DNA of 64,000 bases. Source: an uncultured Actinomycetes bacterium. Its GTDB lineage: Bacteria > Actinomycetota > Coriobacteriia > Anaerosomatales > PHET01. How positions within the stretch are numbered: the stretch's first letter is position 1; each line of letters begins with the position of its first letter. Under the pieces are notes generated by a model that was not told the origin of the DNA, ran no database searches, and saw only the letters and a program-made list of their open reading frames with translations. A program made the position numbers and the translations under genes. Shown here piece by piece: positions 39,967-49,620 of the stretch. The DNA is taken from NCBI GenBank assembly GCA_947085035.1, contig CAMTUW010000018.1, forward strand, positions 53,660 through 117,659. The letters run 5' to 3'.

Positions 39967-41302
39967 CTCCGGTGACGAATAGCGCTTGAGTTGACGAGAG
40001 CCAGGCGTCGAAGTCGCGAGAAGCCCGATCCGCGTAGGCTGCATAGCGCGCGCGCTTGCCTTTGACGGGGTCGTTGAGGGCGGGAACAAGCCCCCAGTTC
40101 ACATGCATCGGCTGATAGTCGATGGTGTCGGGGTCCGTGGCATAGGAGACCAGCGACCCGAGGGCGGTCGTTGGCGGCAGGATGGCAGGCGAAAACCCTT
40201 TCAACTCAGCGAAAGTATTGAGCGCCGCGAGCAAACCGGATGCCGCAGCCTCCGTGTAGCCCTCGGTCCCGGTGATCTGCCCGGCGAATCTGATGCGCGG
40301 GTCGGTTCTCAGGGCGAACGTGGCATCGAGGATTCGGGGCGAGTCGATGAACGTGTTGCGGTGCATGACTCCGTAGCGAAGGAAGTCGGCATTCCCGAGT
40401 CCTGGTATCAACGCGAAAACCCGTTGCTGGTCGGGCCATGCGATGTTTGTCTGGAAGCCCACCAGGTTGTATGCCGTGAGCGCGCGGTTCTCGGCACGGA
40501 GCTGAACGACGGCCCACGGGCGCTCGCCCGTTCTCGGGTCGGTGAGACCCACAGGCTTGAGTGCGCCGAATCGCGGCGCGTCCCGTCCGCTGCGCGCCAC
40601 CTCCTCGATGGGCTGGCATGCGGCGAAGAGCTCGCGTCGATCGAATACCTTGTCGATGACCCTTCGTGCCGAGAGAAGCGCGTCGATGAAGCGCTCATAT
40701 TCGTCTCGGTTCATGGGGGCGTTGAGATAGTCGGCTCCCCCACCCTTGTCGTATCGCGAGGCCGCGAAGACGATGGTGCGGTCGATGGTATCGGCATCGA
40801 CGATCGGGGCGGCGGCGTCGAAGAAGGCCAGGCGGTCAGGACCCAACAAGGCACTGAGCGCCGGCTCCAGCGCGGGGCTCGTAAGCGGTCCTGTCGCGAC
40901 GATGGTGCTCCCTGCCCCGAAGCTGACAGCCTCCTCGCGCACGACGTCGATGAGGGGATGTGAGGAGAGCATCGCGGTGAGGCTCTCGGAGAATGCAGTG
41001 CGGTCCACTGCGAGTGCGCCCCCGGCAGCCACTCTCGAAAGTCGGGCGCATCTCAGGACAACGCTGCCCATCAACTCGAGTTCGCACTTGAGCCGACCGG
41101 CGGCCGTGGTCGGATCGTCGCTCTTGAGCGAGTTCGAGCATACGAGCTCCGCGAGAAGGTCTGTGTGGTGCGCTGGCGTGGTGTTGTGCGGTCGCATCTC
41201 TTTGAGCGTGACACGAATGCCGCGCACGGCAAGTTGCCATGCGGCTTCGCTACCCGCGAGGCCACCGCCGATGACGGTGACGTGGTCTGAAGTGGCGGTC
41301 AA
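39950..41302 (-). CDS. trmFO: Methylenetetrahydrofolate--tRNA-(uracil54-C5)-methyltransferase TrmFO (Gid)
   Basis: 450 aa, TTG start. VTVIGGGLAGSEAAWQLA, CSNSLKSD, FAGQITGTEGYTEAAASG. Confidence 0.9.
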   Translation of the reverse strand: MTATSDHVTVIGGGLAGSEAAWQLAVRGIRVTLKEMRPHNTTPAHHTDLLAELVCSNSLKSDDPTTAAGRLKCELELMGSVVLRCARLSRVAAGGALAVDRTAFSESLTAMLSSHPLIDVVREEAVSFGAGSTIVATGPLTSPALEPALSALLGPDRLAFFDAAAPIVDADTIDRTIVFAASRYDKGGGADYLNAPMNRDEYERFIDALLSARRVIDKVFDRRELFAACQPIEEVARSGRDAPRFGALKPVGLTDPRTGERPWAVVQLRAENRALTAYNLVGFQTNIAWPDQQRVFALIPGLGNADFLRYGVMHRNTFIDSPRILDATFALRTDPRIRFAGQITGTEGYTEAAASGLLAALNTFAELKGFSPAILPPTTALGSLVSYATDPDTIDYQPMHVNWGLVPALNDPVKGKRARYAAYADRASRDFDAWLSSTQALFVTGDARDR

Positions 41303-41350
41303 CCCATCCCTTTCAATCAGAGTTGTGAAGCATTGTAAGCCCCTCGAGGC

Positions 41351-42220
41351 TTAAGCTGGACCATACCTACCGTCCGAGTAGCGTTTCAACATGCCTTGTG
41401 CTTCAAGGAGCCCAAAACGTCGAGTGATCGTGATGACATCGGTACCGAGTGCAACAGCTGCGTCGTCGGCGCGCATCGGGTTCGCGCGCAAGGCCGTGAG
41501 AAGCGAGTCGGACGACTCCGAGATAACCGTACCGGGAATGTGCACTTCGTCGTGGGGTTCTCCGAGAAGCGGTGCGAGCGCAAGGCGCAGATCGGTGACG
41601 TCGGTGATGATGGTCGCACCTTGCGATATCAGCCGATTCGAGCCGCGCGACTCCGGAGATAGGATCGATCCGGGGACCGCGAGAACATCCCTTCCTGCAG
41701 CCAAGGCGTCGTCTGCGGTTGAGAACGTGCCACTGGGCAGTCCCGCCTCGACGACGAGGACGGCCATCGATAATCCGGCGATTATCCGGTTTCTTCGCCT
41801 GAACATCCAGCGTGCAGGCCGCGTCCCCCACGGTTGCTCTGATATGACGGCGCCGTTCACAGCTACCGCGTCCAGAAGTGCTCCAGCACCGCTGGGGTAG
41901 GCGATATCTGCTCCTCCTGCCATCACGGCCACAGTTGTTCCCTCGTGAGCAAGTGCAGCGCGGTGCGCCGCTTGATCGCACCCTACCGCACCCCCGGACA
42001 CGATGGGGTAACTCGCCTTCGCAGCCCATCCGGCAAACATCGTCGCAGCCGACAGGCCATAGGGCGTGGCCTTGCGAGCACCGATGACCGCGAGCCCCGG
42101 ACGTAATGCTGAGATCTGCCCGAAACCGTAGAGACGCTTGGGCGGATCGGGGGTGTCCTTCAGTTGTGCAGGGTATCGTGGATCATCCAAACCGATCTCG
42201 AATCGTGTCGCGCCACTCAT
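41351..42220 (-). CDS. dprA: DNA-processing protein DprA (Smf)
   Basis: 289 aa. RYPAQLKDTPDPPKRLYGFG, IVSGGAVGCDQAAHRAAL, Rossmann-like core plus C-terminal winged-helix-like tail. Confidence 0.85.
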   Translation of the reverse strand: MSGATRFEIGLDDPRYPAQLKDTPDPPKRLYGFGQISALRPGLAVIGARKATPYGLSAATMFAGWAAKASYPIVSGGAVGCDQAAHRAALAHEGTTVAVMAGGADIAYPSGAGALLDAVAVNGAVISEQPWGTRPARWMFRRRNRIIAGLSMAVLVVEAGLPSGTFSTADDALAAGRDVLAVPGSILSPESRGSNRLISQGATIITDVTDLRLALAPLLGEPHDEVHIPGTVISESSDSLLTALRANPMRADDAAVALGTDVITITRRFGLLEAQGMLKRYSDGRYGPA

Positions 42221-43704
42221 GACACTGTCCCGCAGCGGTATCCGATGGCCTCAGCCAGATCGTCTGATCGCACGCAGTCCTTCTCATCGACGTCGGCGAG
42301 GGTTCTGGCGACCCTGAGCAATCGAATGACACCTCTGCCCGACAGATGGTGGTGATTCGCGATCATCTCGAGGTCCGAGGTGACGGAACCAGACATGGAG
42401 CAGGCGGAAATCAACTCCGCACCACTCATCTTCGAGGTGGCTGTGGTGCTCCTGCGTGCAGCGCGCTCACGGGCGGCTGACACCTGATCGCGCAGCTTCG
42501 CACTCGTGGTGCCGTGACGATTGGCGACGATCAACGCCGGTGGAGGTCTCCACACCTCGCACACCATGTCGATGCGGTCCATCAGTGGGCCACCGATCCG
42601 CGAGCGGTACCGTTCGACAGTCGAGGCCGGGCAGCGGCACGCACGTCCGGTGTCACCGTGGTGTCCGCATGGACAGGGATTGGCCGCTCCGACCAGGGAA
42701 AATGATGCAGGAAACGACAGTCTTCCCTCGGCTCGCACGAGGGTGACCAGTCGGTCCTCTATGGGTTGTCTCAGGGACTGCAGGGTGGCCGGGCCGAATT
42801 CTGGCATCTCGTCCAGGAAAAGGACTCCGTTGTGCGCCAGTGACGCCTCCCCTGGCCGCGGAGGACTTCCGCCTCCGATCAGGCCAGCTGTCGAGGCCGT
42901 GTGATGGGGGGCGCGAAACGGGCGTGCACCAGACAGCACGTCGGTGTCGTCCAGTCCGGCGACCGAGTGGATCAGGGCAGATTCCAGTCGTTCTTCTTCA
43001 CCAAGCGGTGGAAGGATGGTTGGAAGACGACGAGCGAGCATCGTCTTTCCGGCTCCTGGAGGACCGATCATGAGTACGTTGTGCGCACCAGCTGCTGCTG
43101 CCACGAGCGCCCGAACAGCACCGTCTTGTCCGACCACCTCGGAGAAGTCGACCGCGTGTTTCGGAGTTCGATCATGAGTGGTCACTCGGGAATGCGCGAC
43201 CGGCAGACCGCTGCGCAGTTCAGCCAAGGACTCGATTCCGCAATACGCCACGCCGTTCAGAGAGACGTAGTGATCCGCCTCTCTTGATGCCAGTAGGCTA
43301 CACCCGTTCTTGCGCGCCATCATCGCGTGAGCGAGAAGTCCGGGTATCGGCCGTATTCGTCCATCGAGTGAGAGCTCTCCGACTGCTGTGACGAACTCGA
43401 AGGGATGCGCCGGAATCTGTTTGGTCGCCACCAGAAGACCAATAGCGATCGGCAGGTCGAATCCCGTCCCGTGCTTCTTGAGTGGGCCCGGAGAAAGATT
43501 GACGACGATGCGAGCGTTGGGTAGATCGTATCCGGCCGCACGAACCGCTGAGCGGACACGCTCTCGTGCTTCTTGGACAGCCGTGTCCGGAAGCCCGACG
43601 ATCGCGAATGAGGGCAGTCCTGGCCCTATGTCGATCTCGACATCTACCGGCAGTACTTCGACACCCGCCAGAGTTCCCGTGCGTACGGTGCAGTGTGCAC
43701 ACAC
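42217..43704 (-). CDS. comM: YifB/ComM family Mg-chelatase-like AAA+ ATPase
   Basis: 495 aa. LPSFAIVGLPD, Walker A GPPGAGKTMLA, VLFLDEMPEF, C-terminal ChlI-like region. Confidence 0.85.
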   Translation of the reverse strand: MCAHCTVRTGTLAGVEVLPVDVEIDIGPGLPSFAIVGLPDTAVQEARERVRSAVRAAGYDLPNARIVVNLSPGPLKKHGTGFDLPIAIGLLVATKQIPAHPFEFVTAVGELSLDGRIRPIPGLLAHAMMARKNGCSLLASREADHYVSLNGVAYCGIESLAELRSGLPVAHSRVTTHDRTPKHAVDFSEVVGQDGAVRALVAAAAGAHNVLMIGPPGAGKTMLARRLPTILPPLGEEERLESALIHSVAGLDDTDVLSGARPFRAPHHTASTAGLIGGGSPPRPGEASLAHNGVLFLDEMPEFGPATLQSLRQPIEDRLVTLVRAEGRLSFPASFSLVGAANPCPCGHHGDTGRACRCPASTVERYRSRIGGPLMDRIDMVCEVWRPPPALIVANRHGTTSAKLRDQVSAARERAARRSTTATSKMSGAELISACSMSGSVTSDLEMIANHHHLSGRGVIRLLRVARTLADVDEKDCVRSDDLAEAIGYRCGTVS

Positions 43705-43706
43705 GT

Positions 43707-44090
43707 CTACGCCTCGCCAGCGACGAACGCTGCCCGATGGTGCCTCAGAAGCGCGCGATCCTCGGCGATGACGAGTATCGAGATCACATCGAAGCGAATG
43801 TCTGCGGCTTGAGCCCCCACCTCCTGACAGTATGCGAGCGCGAGGCGCTCGTAGCGCTTGCGCTTCGACGCAGTGATCGCCTCTTCAGGCGTACCTTTTG
43901 CCTGCGAGCGCCGAGTCTTCACCTCGCACAAGACGATCGTCCTGTCGTCAAGAGTGACGATGTCGATCTCCCCGGCTTGACACCGCCAGTTCCTCGCGAT
44001 GATTTCGTGCCCCACGCGCTCGAGATATGCAACCGCAGCATCTTCGCCCCGGACACCGAGCTTCTTCGACTCCTTGGTCATGATGACCAC
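43707..44090 (-). CDS. yraN: YraN family (UPF0102) endonuclease-like protein
   Basis: 127 aa. GEDAAVAYLERVGHEIIARNWRCQAGEIDIV...VLCEVKTR. Confidence 0.8.
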   Translation of the reverse strand: MVIMTKESKKLGVRGEDAAVAYLERVGHEIIARNWRCQAGEIDIVTLDDRTIVLCEVKTRRSQAKGTPEEAITASKRKRYERLALAYCQEVGAQAADIRFDVISILVIAEDRALLRHHRAAFVAGEA

Positions 44091-44154
44091 CTCCTGGCCA
44101 GAGCATGCCAGTCACCACATACCAGGAACTTACCGGGGACTTGCCAACGAAGCG

Positions 44155-44949
44155 TCAGAACAGATGCTGCCAATCGGCGCTGCATCGAAACGATCGTCTA
44201 TGAACAGGAGACGGACCGTGTTTTGCGAGCGCGGCCAGGTGCTGTGCGGTCCCGTACCCCTTGTGCATCTCGAAGCCGTAGAGCGGAAACTCCTCAGCAA
44301 GGCGTTTCATCAGGGCATCCCTCTCGACCTTGGCAACGATTGAGGCTGCCGCCACGGCAGCTACGGTCGAATCCCCCTTGATCACGGCGGTCTCTGCATC
44401 GGCGATTCTCTGAGGATGTCCGTCGATGACGAGGTGATCCGCACTGGGTTCGAGCGCATCGGATGCGAGTAGCATCGCCGTGCGCAGCGCAGAGGAGATG
44501 CCTACCGCATCCACTTCGTCCGCCTCGACGTGAGCGACAGTGACGCATATCGCGACTTCACGAATCCTCTTGGAGAGGTCTTCTCGTGCACGGGGAGTCA
44601 ATCGTTTGCTGTCATCGAGTCCGGCCAAGCGGGGTGATGCCGGCAGAATGCACGCCCCCACGCTCAGCGGTCCTGCGAGCGCGCCGCGTCCGACTTCGTC
44701 GAGTCCGGCAACGTGAACGTGACCGGTCGCACGTAAAGAGTCCTCGAGAGCGTAAAGGACACCCAGCCGTGTGCGCTCTGTGTTCGTCGCCTGCAGTCGC
44801 AGACGACCACGAGAGACGAGCCTTTGGACACCGAGACGCCGATCGGAGGAATAGCGACGGATGAACGCCGAGACGTCATCGTCCGTCTGAGCCTCATCAA
44901 GAGCGCGTTTGAGGGCATCTATCGACCACTGGTGCACGAGGCTCACCAC
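44155..44949 (-). CDS. rnhB: Ribonuclease HII (with Firmicute-like N-terminal extension)
   Basis: 264 aa, GTG start. VAGLDEVGRGALAGP, DDSKRLT, IVAKVERD. Confidence 0.9.
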   Translation of the reverse strand: MVSLVHQWSIDALKRALDEAQTDDDVSAFIRRYSSDRRLGVQRLVSRGRLRLQATNTERTRLGVLYALEDSLRATGHVHVAGLDEVGRGALAGPLSVGACILPASPRLAGLDDSKRLTPRAREDLSKRIREVAICVTVAHVEADEVDAVGISSALRTAMLLASDALEPSADHLVIDGHPQRIADAETAVIKGDSTVAAVAAASIVAKVERDALMKRLAEEFPLYGFEMHKGYGTAQHLAALAKHGPSPVHRRSFRCSADWQHLF

Positions 44950-44972
44950 GATTCAGTCGGTATGAACGCGAA

Positions 44973-44999
44973 CAGGGCCCCGATCGACTCGAGGCCCTG
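44973..44999 (-). terminator. Weak hairpin after rplS
   Basis: 7-bp stem CAGGGCC/GGCCCTG with a 13-nt loop and a poor U tract. Confidence 0.3.
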
Positions 45000-45040
45000 C
45001 GAAGATGCGATCTGTCACGCGAGAGCGAGGAGAGGGTGGG

Positions 45041-45385
45041 CTAGTAGCCCTTCTCCTTGAGGCGGGCCGCCTTGCCGATCTTGTCACGAAGGAAGTAGAG
45101 CTTGGCGCGGCGAACCTTGGCGCGGCTCACGATCTCGATGCGATCGATCTTGGGCGAGTGGACCGGGAAGGTCCTCTCCACGCCTACGGCGAAGCTGATC
45201 TTGCGAACGGTGAAGGTCTCGCGGTTCGATGCACCGTGACGGCGTATGACGACCCCCTGGAAAAGCTGGGTGCGCTCACGCGTGCCCTCGATGATGCGGT
45301 AGTGCACCTTGACCGTATCGCCTACCTGAAACTGCGGCAGGTCTTCACGAATCTGCTGCAGTTCAAGGGCGCGAATGATATCCAT
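45041..45385 (-). CDS. rplS: 50S ribosomal protein L19
   Basis: ORF 45041-45406. ATG at 45385: [34 protein letters not shown]. Confidence 0.95.
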   Translation of the reverse strand: MDIIRALELQQIREDLPQFQVGDTVKVHYRIIEGTRERTQLFQGVVIRRHGASNRETFTVRKISFAVGVERTFPVHSPKIDRIEIVSRAKVRRAKLYFLRDKIGKAARLKEKGY

Positions 45386-45509
45386 GAATACGATTCCTGT
45401 TCTCACGTGGTCGTCTCGGGTCCGAAATGCTTCGGACGCGAGTGCGAAGTATAGCGTACGGCACGAGCAGCGGCAACGACGAATCTTGATTGCGGCATGC
45501 CGTTACGTG

Positions 45510-46100
45510 TCAGCGCAGGACACCGAATCGGTCAGGGGGCCAATACGTCCAAAACGCCAGCCCCCGTATCGAGTTGACCGGCCGGGGCCCGAAGAACCTA
45601 CTGTCTCCCGAGTTCGGACGGTTGTCACCCATCAGCCAGACCATCTCGTCAGGAATCGTGACGGGCAGTTCAATCGATCCCGCGATAGTCGGTTGCCCTT
45701 GTGCGTAGGGCTCGTCGAGCAAGACGCCGTCCACGAGGACTCCGTCGTCACTGACGTCTATCGTCTGGCCACCTACCGCGATGACTCGCTTTATCAGCTG
45801 AGGATGCTGGTCGAGGGGGTCATCGAAGACCACGATGTCGCCAGCACGAGGCTCTCGCGAGAATCGGTACGAGAGTTTCTCCGCAAGTACGCGATCGCCC
45901 TCCATGATCGTCGGCTTCATCGATCCGGTGGGAATGACGAACGGCTGTATGACGAAAACCTTGATTCCTTGCGCGAGAGCGAAGGCGAGCAGTATCAACA
46001 CCGCCGTCTCGAGCAACCAGCGCAGGATCGAGCCGCCTGTGGCGGGCTCGTCTGGCTCTATGATCTCTACGGAATCAACAGTGTTCTCAGAATCGGTCAT
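45510..46100 (-). CDS. lepB: Signal peptidase I (paralog 2)
   Basis: 196 aa. TM anchor, catalytic Ser box IPTGSMKPTI, Lys box LIKRVIAVGGQ, GDNRPNSGDSR. Confidence 0.85.
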   Translation of the reverse strand: MTDSENTVDSVEIIEPDEPATGGSILRWLLETAVLILLAFALAQGIKVFVIQPFVIPTGSMKPTIMEGDRVLAEKLSYRFSREPRAGDIVVFDDPLDQHPQLIKRVIAVGGQTIDVSDDGVLVDGVLLDEPYAQGQPTIAGSIELPVTIPDEMVWLMGDNRPNSGDSRFFGPRPVNSIRGLAFWTYWPPDRFGVLR

Positions 46101-46852
46101 CGTGTTCCTCTCCCGCTCGCCTCGTCATCACGCATGGTGCGGTCTGCGAGGGCGCGCTCATCATCTGTAAGTGTCGCCGACTCGATGAGGTCGGGACGGA
46201 CACGGGTAGTCCGGATGACCGCCTGCTCACGTCGCCACCGCTCAATCGCGCCGTGGTCACCGCTGCGCAGGACCGCGGGCACTTCAATGTCGCGGTAGAT
46301 TGCCGGTCGAGTGTAGTGAGGATACTCGAGAAGCCCTTCCGAGAAGGACTCCTCCACAGAACTCTCATCATCGCCGAGAACGCCGGGCTGAAGTCTCGCG
46401 ATGGCATCTGTGAGCACCATTGCTGGCAGCTCGCCTCCCGTCAGGACGTAGTCGCCGATCGAAAGTTCGAGGTCGGCGAGCTCAAACACACGCTCGTCGA
46501 ACCCCTCGTAGCGGCCGCACACAAGAATCAGACGCTCCTTGGTCGCAAGATCGTGCACAAGACGCTGTGTCAGGGGGCGACCGGCGGGCGTGAAGAACAC
46601 TACCGTCGCGGGCTCTGGAGCCTCGGCTTGAACCGCCTCGACCGCCTCGAAGATGGGTTCCGGCTTCATGACCATTCCAGGTCCACCGCCATAGGGTTCG
46701 TCATCGGTCGACCGGTGTCGATCGTACGTCCAGGTCCGCAGGTCATGAACGTGAAATTCGAGATGTTCCCGTTGCCGGGCTGTGCCGACGATCGACGTCG
46801 ACATCGCAGGCTCGAACATCTCAGGGAATATCGTGATGACGTCGACTCTCAC
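46097..46852 (-). CDS. trmD: tRNA (guanine37-N1)-methyltransferase
   Basis: 251 aa. MRVDVITIFPEMF, GGGPGMVMKPEP, LVCGRYEGFDERV. Confidence 0.95.
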   Translation of the reverse strand: MRVDVITIFPEMFEPAMSTSIVGTARQREHLEFHVHDLRTWTYDRHRSTDDEPYGGGPGMVMKPEPIFEAVEAVQAEAPEPATVVFFTPAGRPLTQRLVHDLATKERLILVCGRYEGFDERVFELADLELSIGDYVLTGGELPAMVLTDAIARLQPGVLGDDESSVEESFSEGLLEYPHYTRPAIYRDIEVPAVLRSGDHGAIERWRREQAVIRTTRVRPDLIESATLTDDERALADRTMRDDEASGRGTR

Positions 46853-46853
46853 G

Positions 46854-47381
46854 TCAGGTCCCCTGATTCGGCAGGAGACCTTCGAGCAGCGTGACCGTGA
46901 TGGTTCGCGCTTCCTCGTTGACCGAGATGATGACGTCGTCGATGACGGGAATCAGTACCTCACCGAGTACCCCAGAGACCACAAGCACGTCATTGGCACC
47001 GGTGATGATCGTCTCGAGGACCTCGCCGAGATCCCCATGGACGGTATCGGTGACGAAGAAGCCGTCGAGAGTGTCCGTGGTGTGATCGATGTCGGTCCAC
47101 TCAGGCGGAAGATCTGCGGTGAGCGCCAGCATCTGGGTGCCCGTCAATCCAGCAGCCGAGTCAATCGTGTCGATGCCGTCAAGGCTGACGAGGGGTCCTT
47201 TGGGGCCAGGGCGAACAGCGCGTATCCGGGTATTGCGTACGGTGCGCGGCGGGACGAACCAGACCTCGGTTCCGATGAGAGACGAGAAAGGGGTCTCGGC
47301 GGCGGGCGCCACCGAGACCTCCCCTTTGAGACCATGCGTCCGAATGACGCGCGCTACGAGGGCAAACGGCCCATCTGACAT
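46854..47381 (-). CDS. rimM: 16S rRNA processing protein RimM
   Basis: ORF 46854-47936. Only the last 175 codons look like RimM (MSDGPFALVARVIRTHGLKGEVSV). The upstream part of the ORF overlaps the KH and rpsP genes out of frame. Confidence 0.85.
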   Translation of the reverse strand: MSDGPFALVARVIRTHGLKGEVSVAPAAETPFSSLIGTEVWFVPPRTVRNTRIRAVRPGPKGPLVSLDGIDTIDSAAGLTGTQMLALTADLPPEWTDIDHTTDTLDGFFVTDTVHGDLGEVLETIITGANDVLVVSGVLGEVLIPVIDDVIISVNEEARTITVTLLEGLLPNQGT

Positions 47382-47385
47382 CGAC

Positions 47386-47637
47386 TCAGCCCACGACCTC
47401 GACGTCGACCATGAGCCCTTGAGTGCTCCCGGCCGCACGGGCGAGCGTCCGCACCGACTTGATGATGCGGCCACCACGCCCGATGACCTTACCGACGTCG
47501 GCCGAGTCCAAAGCGATCTCGAACCGCAAGGTGCCTTCGCCCTGTGAGGTGGTGATCCGTACGGCCTCAGGCTGATCGACCAGTGATTCGACCATGTAAC
47601 GCACCAAGGACTCCGTGTCGGCTCCGCTTCGGGACAT
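47386..47637 (-). CDS. KH-domain RNA-binding protein (YlqC/UPF0109)
   Basis: 83 aa. LVRYMVESLVDQPEAVRI...DVGKVIGRGGRIIKSVRTL. Confidence 0.8.
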   Translation of the reverse strand: MSRSGADTESLVRYMVESLVDQPEAVRITTSQGEGTLRFEIALDSADVGKVIGRGGRIIKSVRTLARAAGSTQGLMVDVEVVG

Positions 47638-47646
47638 GGCCGCGGA

Positions 47647-48105
47647 CTACTCTGACGCCTCGGCGTCGGCGGCAGCCTCGACGGCGACCTCCTCGGCCGG
47701 AGCCTCGGCGACCACTTCTGCAGCAGCAGCTTCAGCAGCAGCAGTTTCAGCGGCTGCGGCGTCCTCGGCTGCCTTGACTGCTGCCGCAGCCTTCGCGGCG
47801 GCAGCAGCGACCACCTTCTCGGCGGCCTTCTTCGAGACCTTTGCCTCAGCGACGTGTACGGTCTTCTCGCCGCGAGCGATCGCGATGATCTTGGTGACCG
47901 TCTCTGTGGGCTGGGCACCCTTCGCGAGCCACGCATCGACCTTCTCGAGATCGAGTTCGACCAGTGAAGGATTGGTGCGGGGATTGTAGCGACCGATCAT
48001 CTCGATGAAACGGCCATCGCGCGCGGCGCGACCGTCAGCAACGACGACACGATAGAACGGGGCCTTCTTGGCTCCGTGACGCGCCAAGCGAATCTTGACT
48101 GCCAA
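47647..48105 (-). CDS. rpsP: 30S ribosomal protein S16 with Ala/Glu-rich C-terminal extension
   Basis: 152 aa, TTG start preceded by [31 protein letters not shown]. Confidence 0.9.
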   Translation of the reverse strand: MAVKIRLARHGAKKAPFYRVVVADGRAARDGRFIEMIGRYNPRTNPSLVELDLEKVDAWLAKGAQPTETVTKIIAIARGEKTVHVAEAKVSKKAAEKVVAAAAAKAAAAVKAAEDAAAAETAAAEAAAAEVVAEAPAEEVAVEAAADAEASE

Positions 48106-48126
48106 CGAATTTCACCTCCGGACAAG

Positions 48127-48145
48127 GCGGCCGCGGATCGGCCGC
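48127..48145 (-). other. GC hairpin in the rpsP 5' UTR
   Basis: GCGGCCG-CGGAT-CGGCCGC, 7-bp perfect stem about 20 nt upstream of the SD. Confidence 0.4.
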
Positions 48146-48170
48146 TCCTTCTCGTGCAAAGCGGTTGCAT

Positions 48171-48200
48171 ATACTACGCCAGCGTACACCCCGCGGTCAA
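48171..48200 (-). promoter_or_regulatory. rpsP operon promoter: -35 TTGACC, 18-nt spacer, -10 TAGTAT
   Basis: Read on the minus strand in the 110-nt ffh-rpsP gap. Confidence 0.55.
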
Positions 48201-48215
48201 AGCGTGCCGGACACC

Positions 48216-49571
48216 TCATCGGCCGCGTGGTCCTCGGAATCCACCGAATCCTCCCGGAATCCGAGGGACTCGGCCCCCTTTGGCCTGGGCAGCGAACTGC
48301 TTCATGAGCTTTCGGGTCTCGGCGAATTGCTTCAGCAGGCGATTCACATCGCTCACCTCGACGCCGGCTCCTCGCGCGATGCGCAGCCGTCTTGAGCCGT
48401 TGATGGTGCGGGGTTCGCGACGCTCAGCGGTTGTCATCGAACGGATGATGGCCTCGATCTGGTCGATCTGCCCTTCGTCGACCTGCCCTTCCATGTCCTT
48501 CAACTTGGCGACTCCTGGCAGTGACTTGAGGATCGAGCCGATGCCACCCATCTTGCGCACCTGAGCGAGTTGTCCCAAGAAGTCGTCGAGAGTGAACTGG
48601 CCCTTGTTGGCGCGCTGGACATACTCCTCATCCAACTGCTCGTCAGCGAGCTCCTGAGCCTTTTCGATCAGGGAGACGACGTCCCCCATACCGAGGATAC
48701 GCTTGGCCATCCGGTCCGGATGGAAAGGTTCGAGCGAATCGGGCTTCTCGCCTGAGGATGCGAACTTGATGGGCTTGCCGGTCACGTGTCGAATCGACAG
48801 CGCTGCTCCGCCTCGGGCGTCACCGTCGAGCTTGCTGATGATCACGCCGTCGAAGTCAACGCGCTCGGCGAACGCGCTTGCCGCCTTGACGGCGTCTTGC
48901 CCGGTCATGGCGTCGACGACCATCAACACTTGATCAGGCTTCACAGCTGACCTGACTGCCACCGCCTCGTCCATCATCGCGTCGTCGACGTGGAGGCGTC
49001 CGGCAGTGTCAACGATCACGACGTCTCGCATCGTGTCGATCGCATGGCGCACGCCTCCTGAGGCGATGGCTACGGCGTCGGCACCTTCCCCTCGAAAGAC
49101 GGGGATGCCTAGCTCGCGACCCAGGGCCTCGAGTTGATCGGCGGCAGCAGGCCGGTGAACGTCACATGCCACGAGCAGAGGGCTTCTCCCCTGCTTGCGC
49201 AGGTGGAAGGCGAGTTTCGCGGAGGCGGTCGTCTTGCCGGAGCCCTGAAGTCCGACGAGCATCACGACATTCGGAATACGCCCCGAGAGCGTGAGGCGAC
49301 TGTTCGTGTCTCCCAGGAGGTGCGTGAGCTCAGCGAGCACGATCTTGATGACTTGCTGCCCCGGTGTCAGCGACGACATCACGTCTGCACCGACAGCGCG
49401 GGTGCGGATTCGCGCGATGAACTCCTTGACGACCTGTAAGTTGACGTCCGCTTCAAGGAGGGCCATGCGAATCTCTCGCATCGCGGCGTCGACGTCAGCC
49501 TCGCTCAAGCGTCCCTTGCCGGTGAGTCCGGCGAACACCTGCTGAAGACGGTCTGTCAGATTGTCAAACAT
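48216..49571 (-). CDS. ffh: Signal recognition particle protein Ffh
   Basis: 451 aa. MFDNLTDRLQQVF, LVGLQGSGKTTASAKLA, DTAGRLH, Met-rich M domain. Confidence 0.95.
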   Translation of the reverse strand: MFDNLTDRLQQVFAGLTGKGRLSEADVDAAMREIRMALLEADVNLQVVKEFIARIRTRAVGADVMSSLTPGQQVIKIVLAELTHLLGDTNSRLTLSGRIPNVVMLVGLQGSGKTTASAKLAFHLRKQGRSPLLVACDVHRPAAADQLEALGRELGIPVFRGEGADAVAIASGGVRHAIDTMRDVVIVDTAGRLHVDDAMMDEAVAVRSAVKPDQVLMVVDAMTGQDAVKAASAFAERVDFDGVIISKLDGDARGGAALSIRHVTGKPIKFASSGEKPDSLEPFHPDRMAKRILGMGDVVSLIEKAQELADEQLDEEYVQRANKGQFTLDDFLGQLAQVRKMGGIGSILKSLPGVAKLKDMEGQVDEGQIDQIEAIIRSMTTAERREPRTINGSRRLRIARGAGVEVSDVNRLLKQFAETRKLMKQFAAQAKGGRVPRIPGGFGGFRGPRGR

Positions 49572-49620
49572 CCGTGGAAACCTTTCGTGTCGGATTCAAA
49601 GGACCGGTGGGCAAGCGGGT

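Noticed and set aside
41351-43704. dprA plus comM as a competence or novel DNA-uptake module
   Set aside because: Both genes are widely conserved housekeeping genes found in this same yraN-comM-dprA context in many non-competent bacteria. No com pilus or channel genes are present in the window.
47647-47830. GCN-rich quasi-repetitive DNA (gcagcagcagc...) that at first looked like a tandem repeat array
   Set aside because: It encodes the Ala/Glu-rich C-terminal tail of S16 in frame. It has no regular repeat unit or spacer structure and is not CRISPR-like.
47382-47936. Long 5' extension of the rimM ORF (the track gives 360 aa)
   Set aside because: The extension overlaps the KH-protein and rpsP genes out of frame and translates to Pro/Arg/Ser-rich sequence. 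RimM homology begins at MSDGPFALVARVIRTHGLKGEV (47381).
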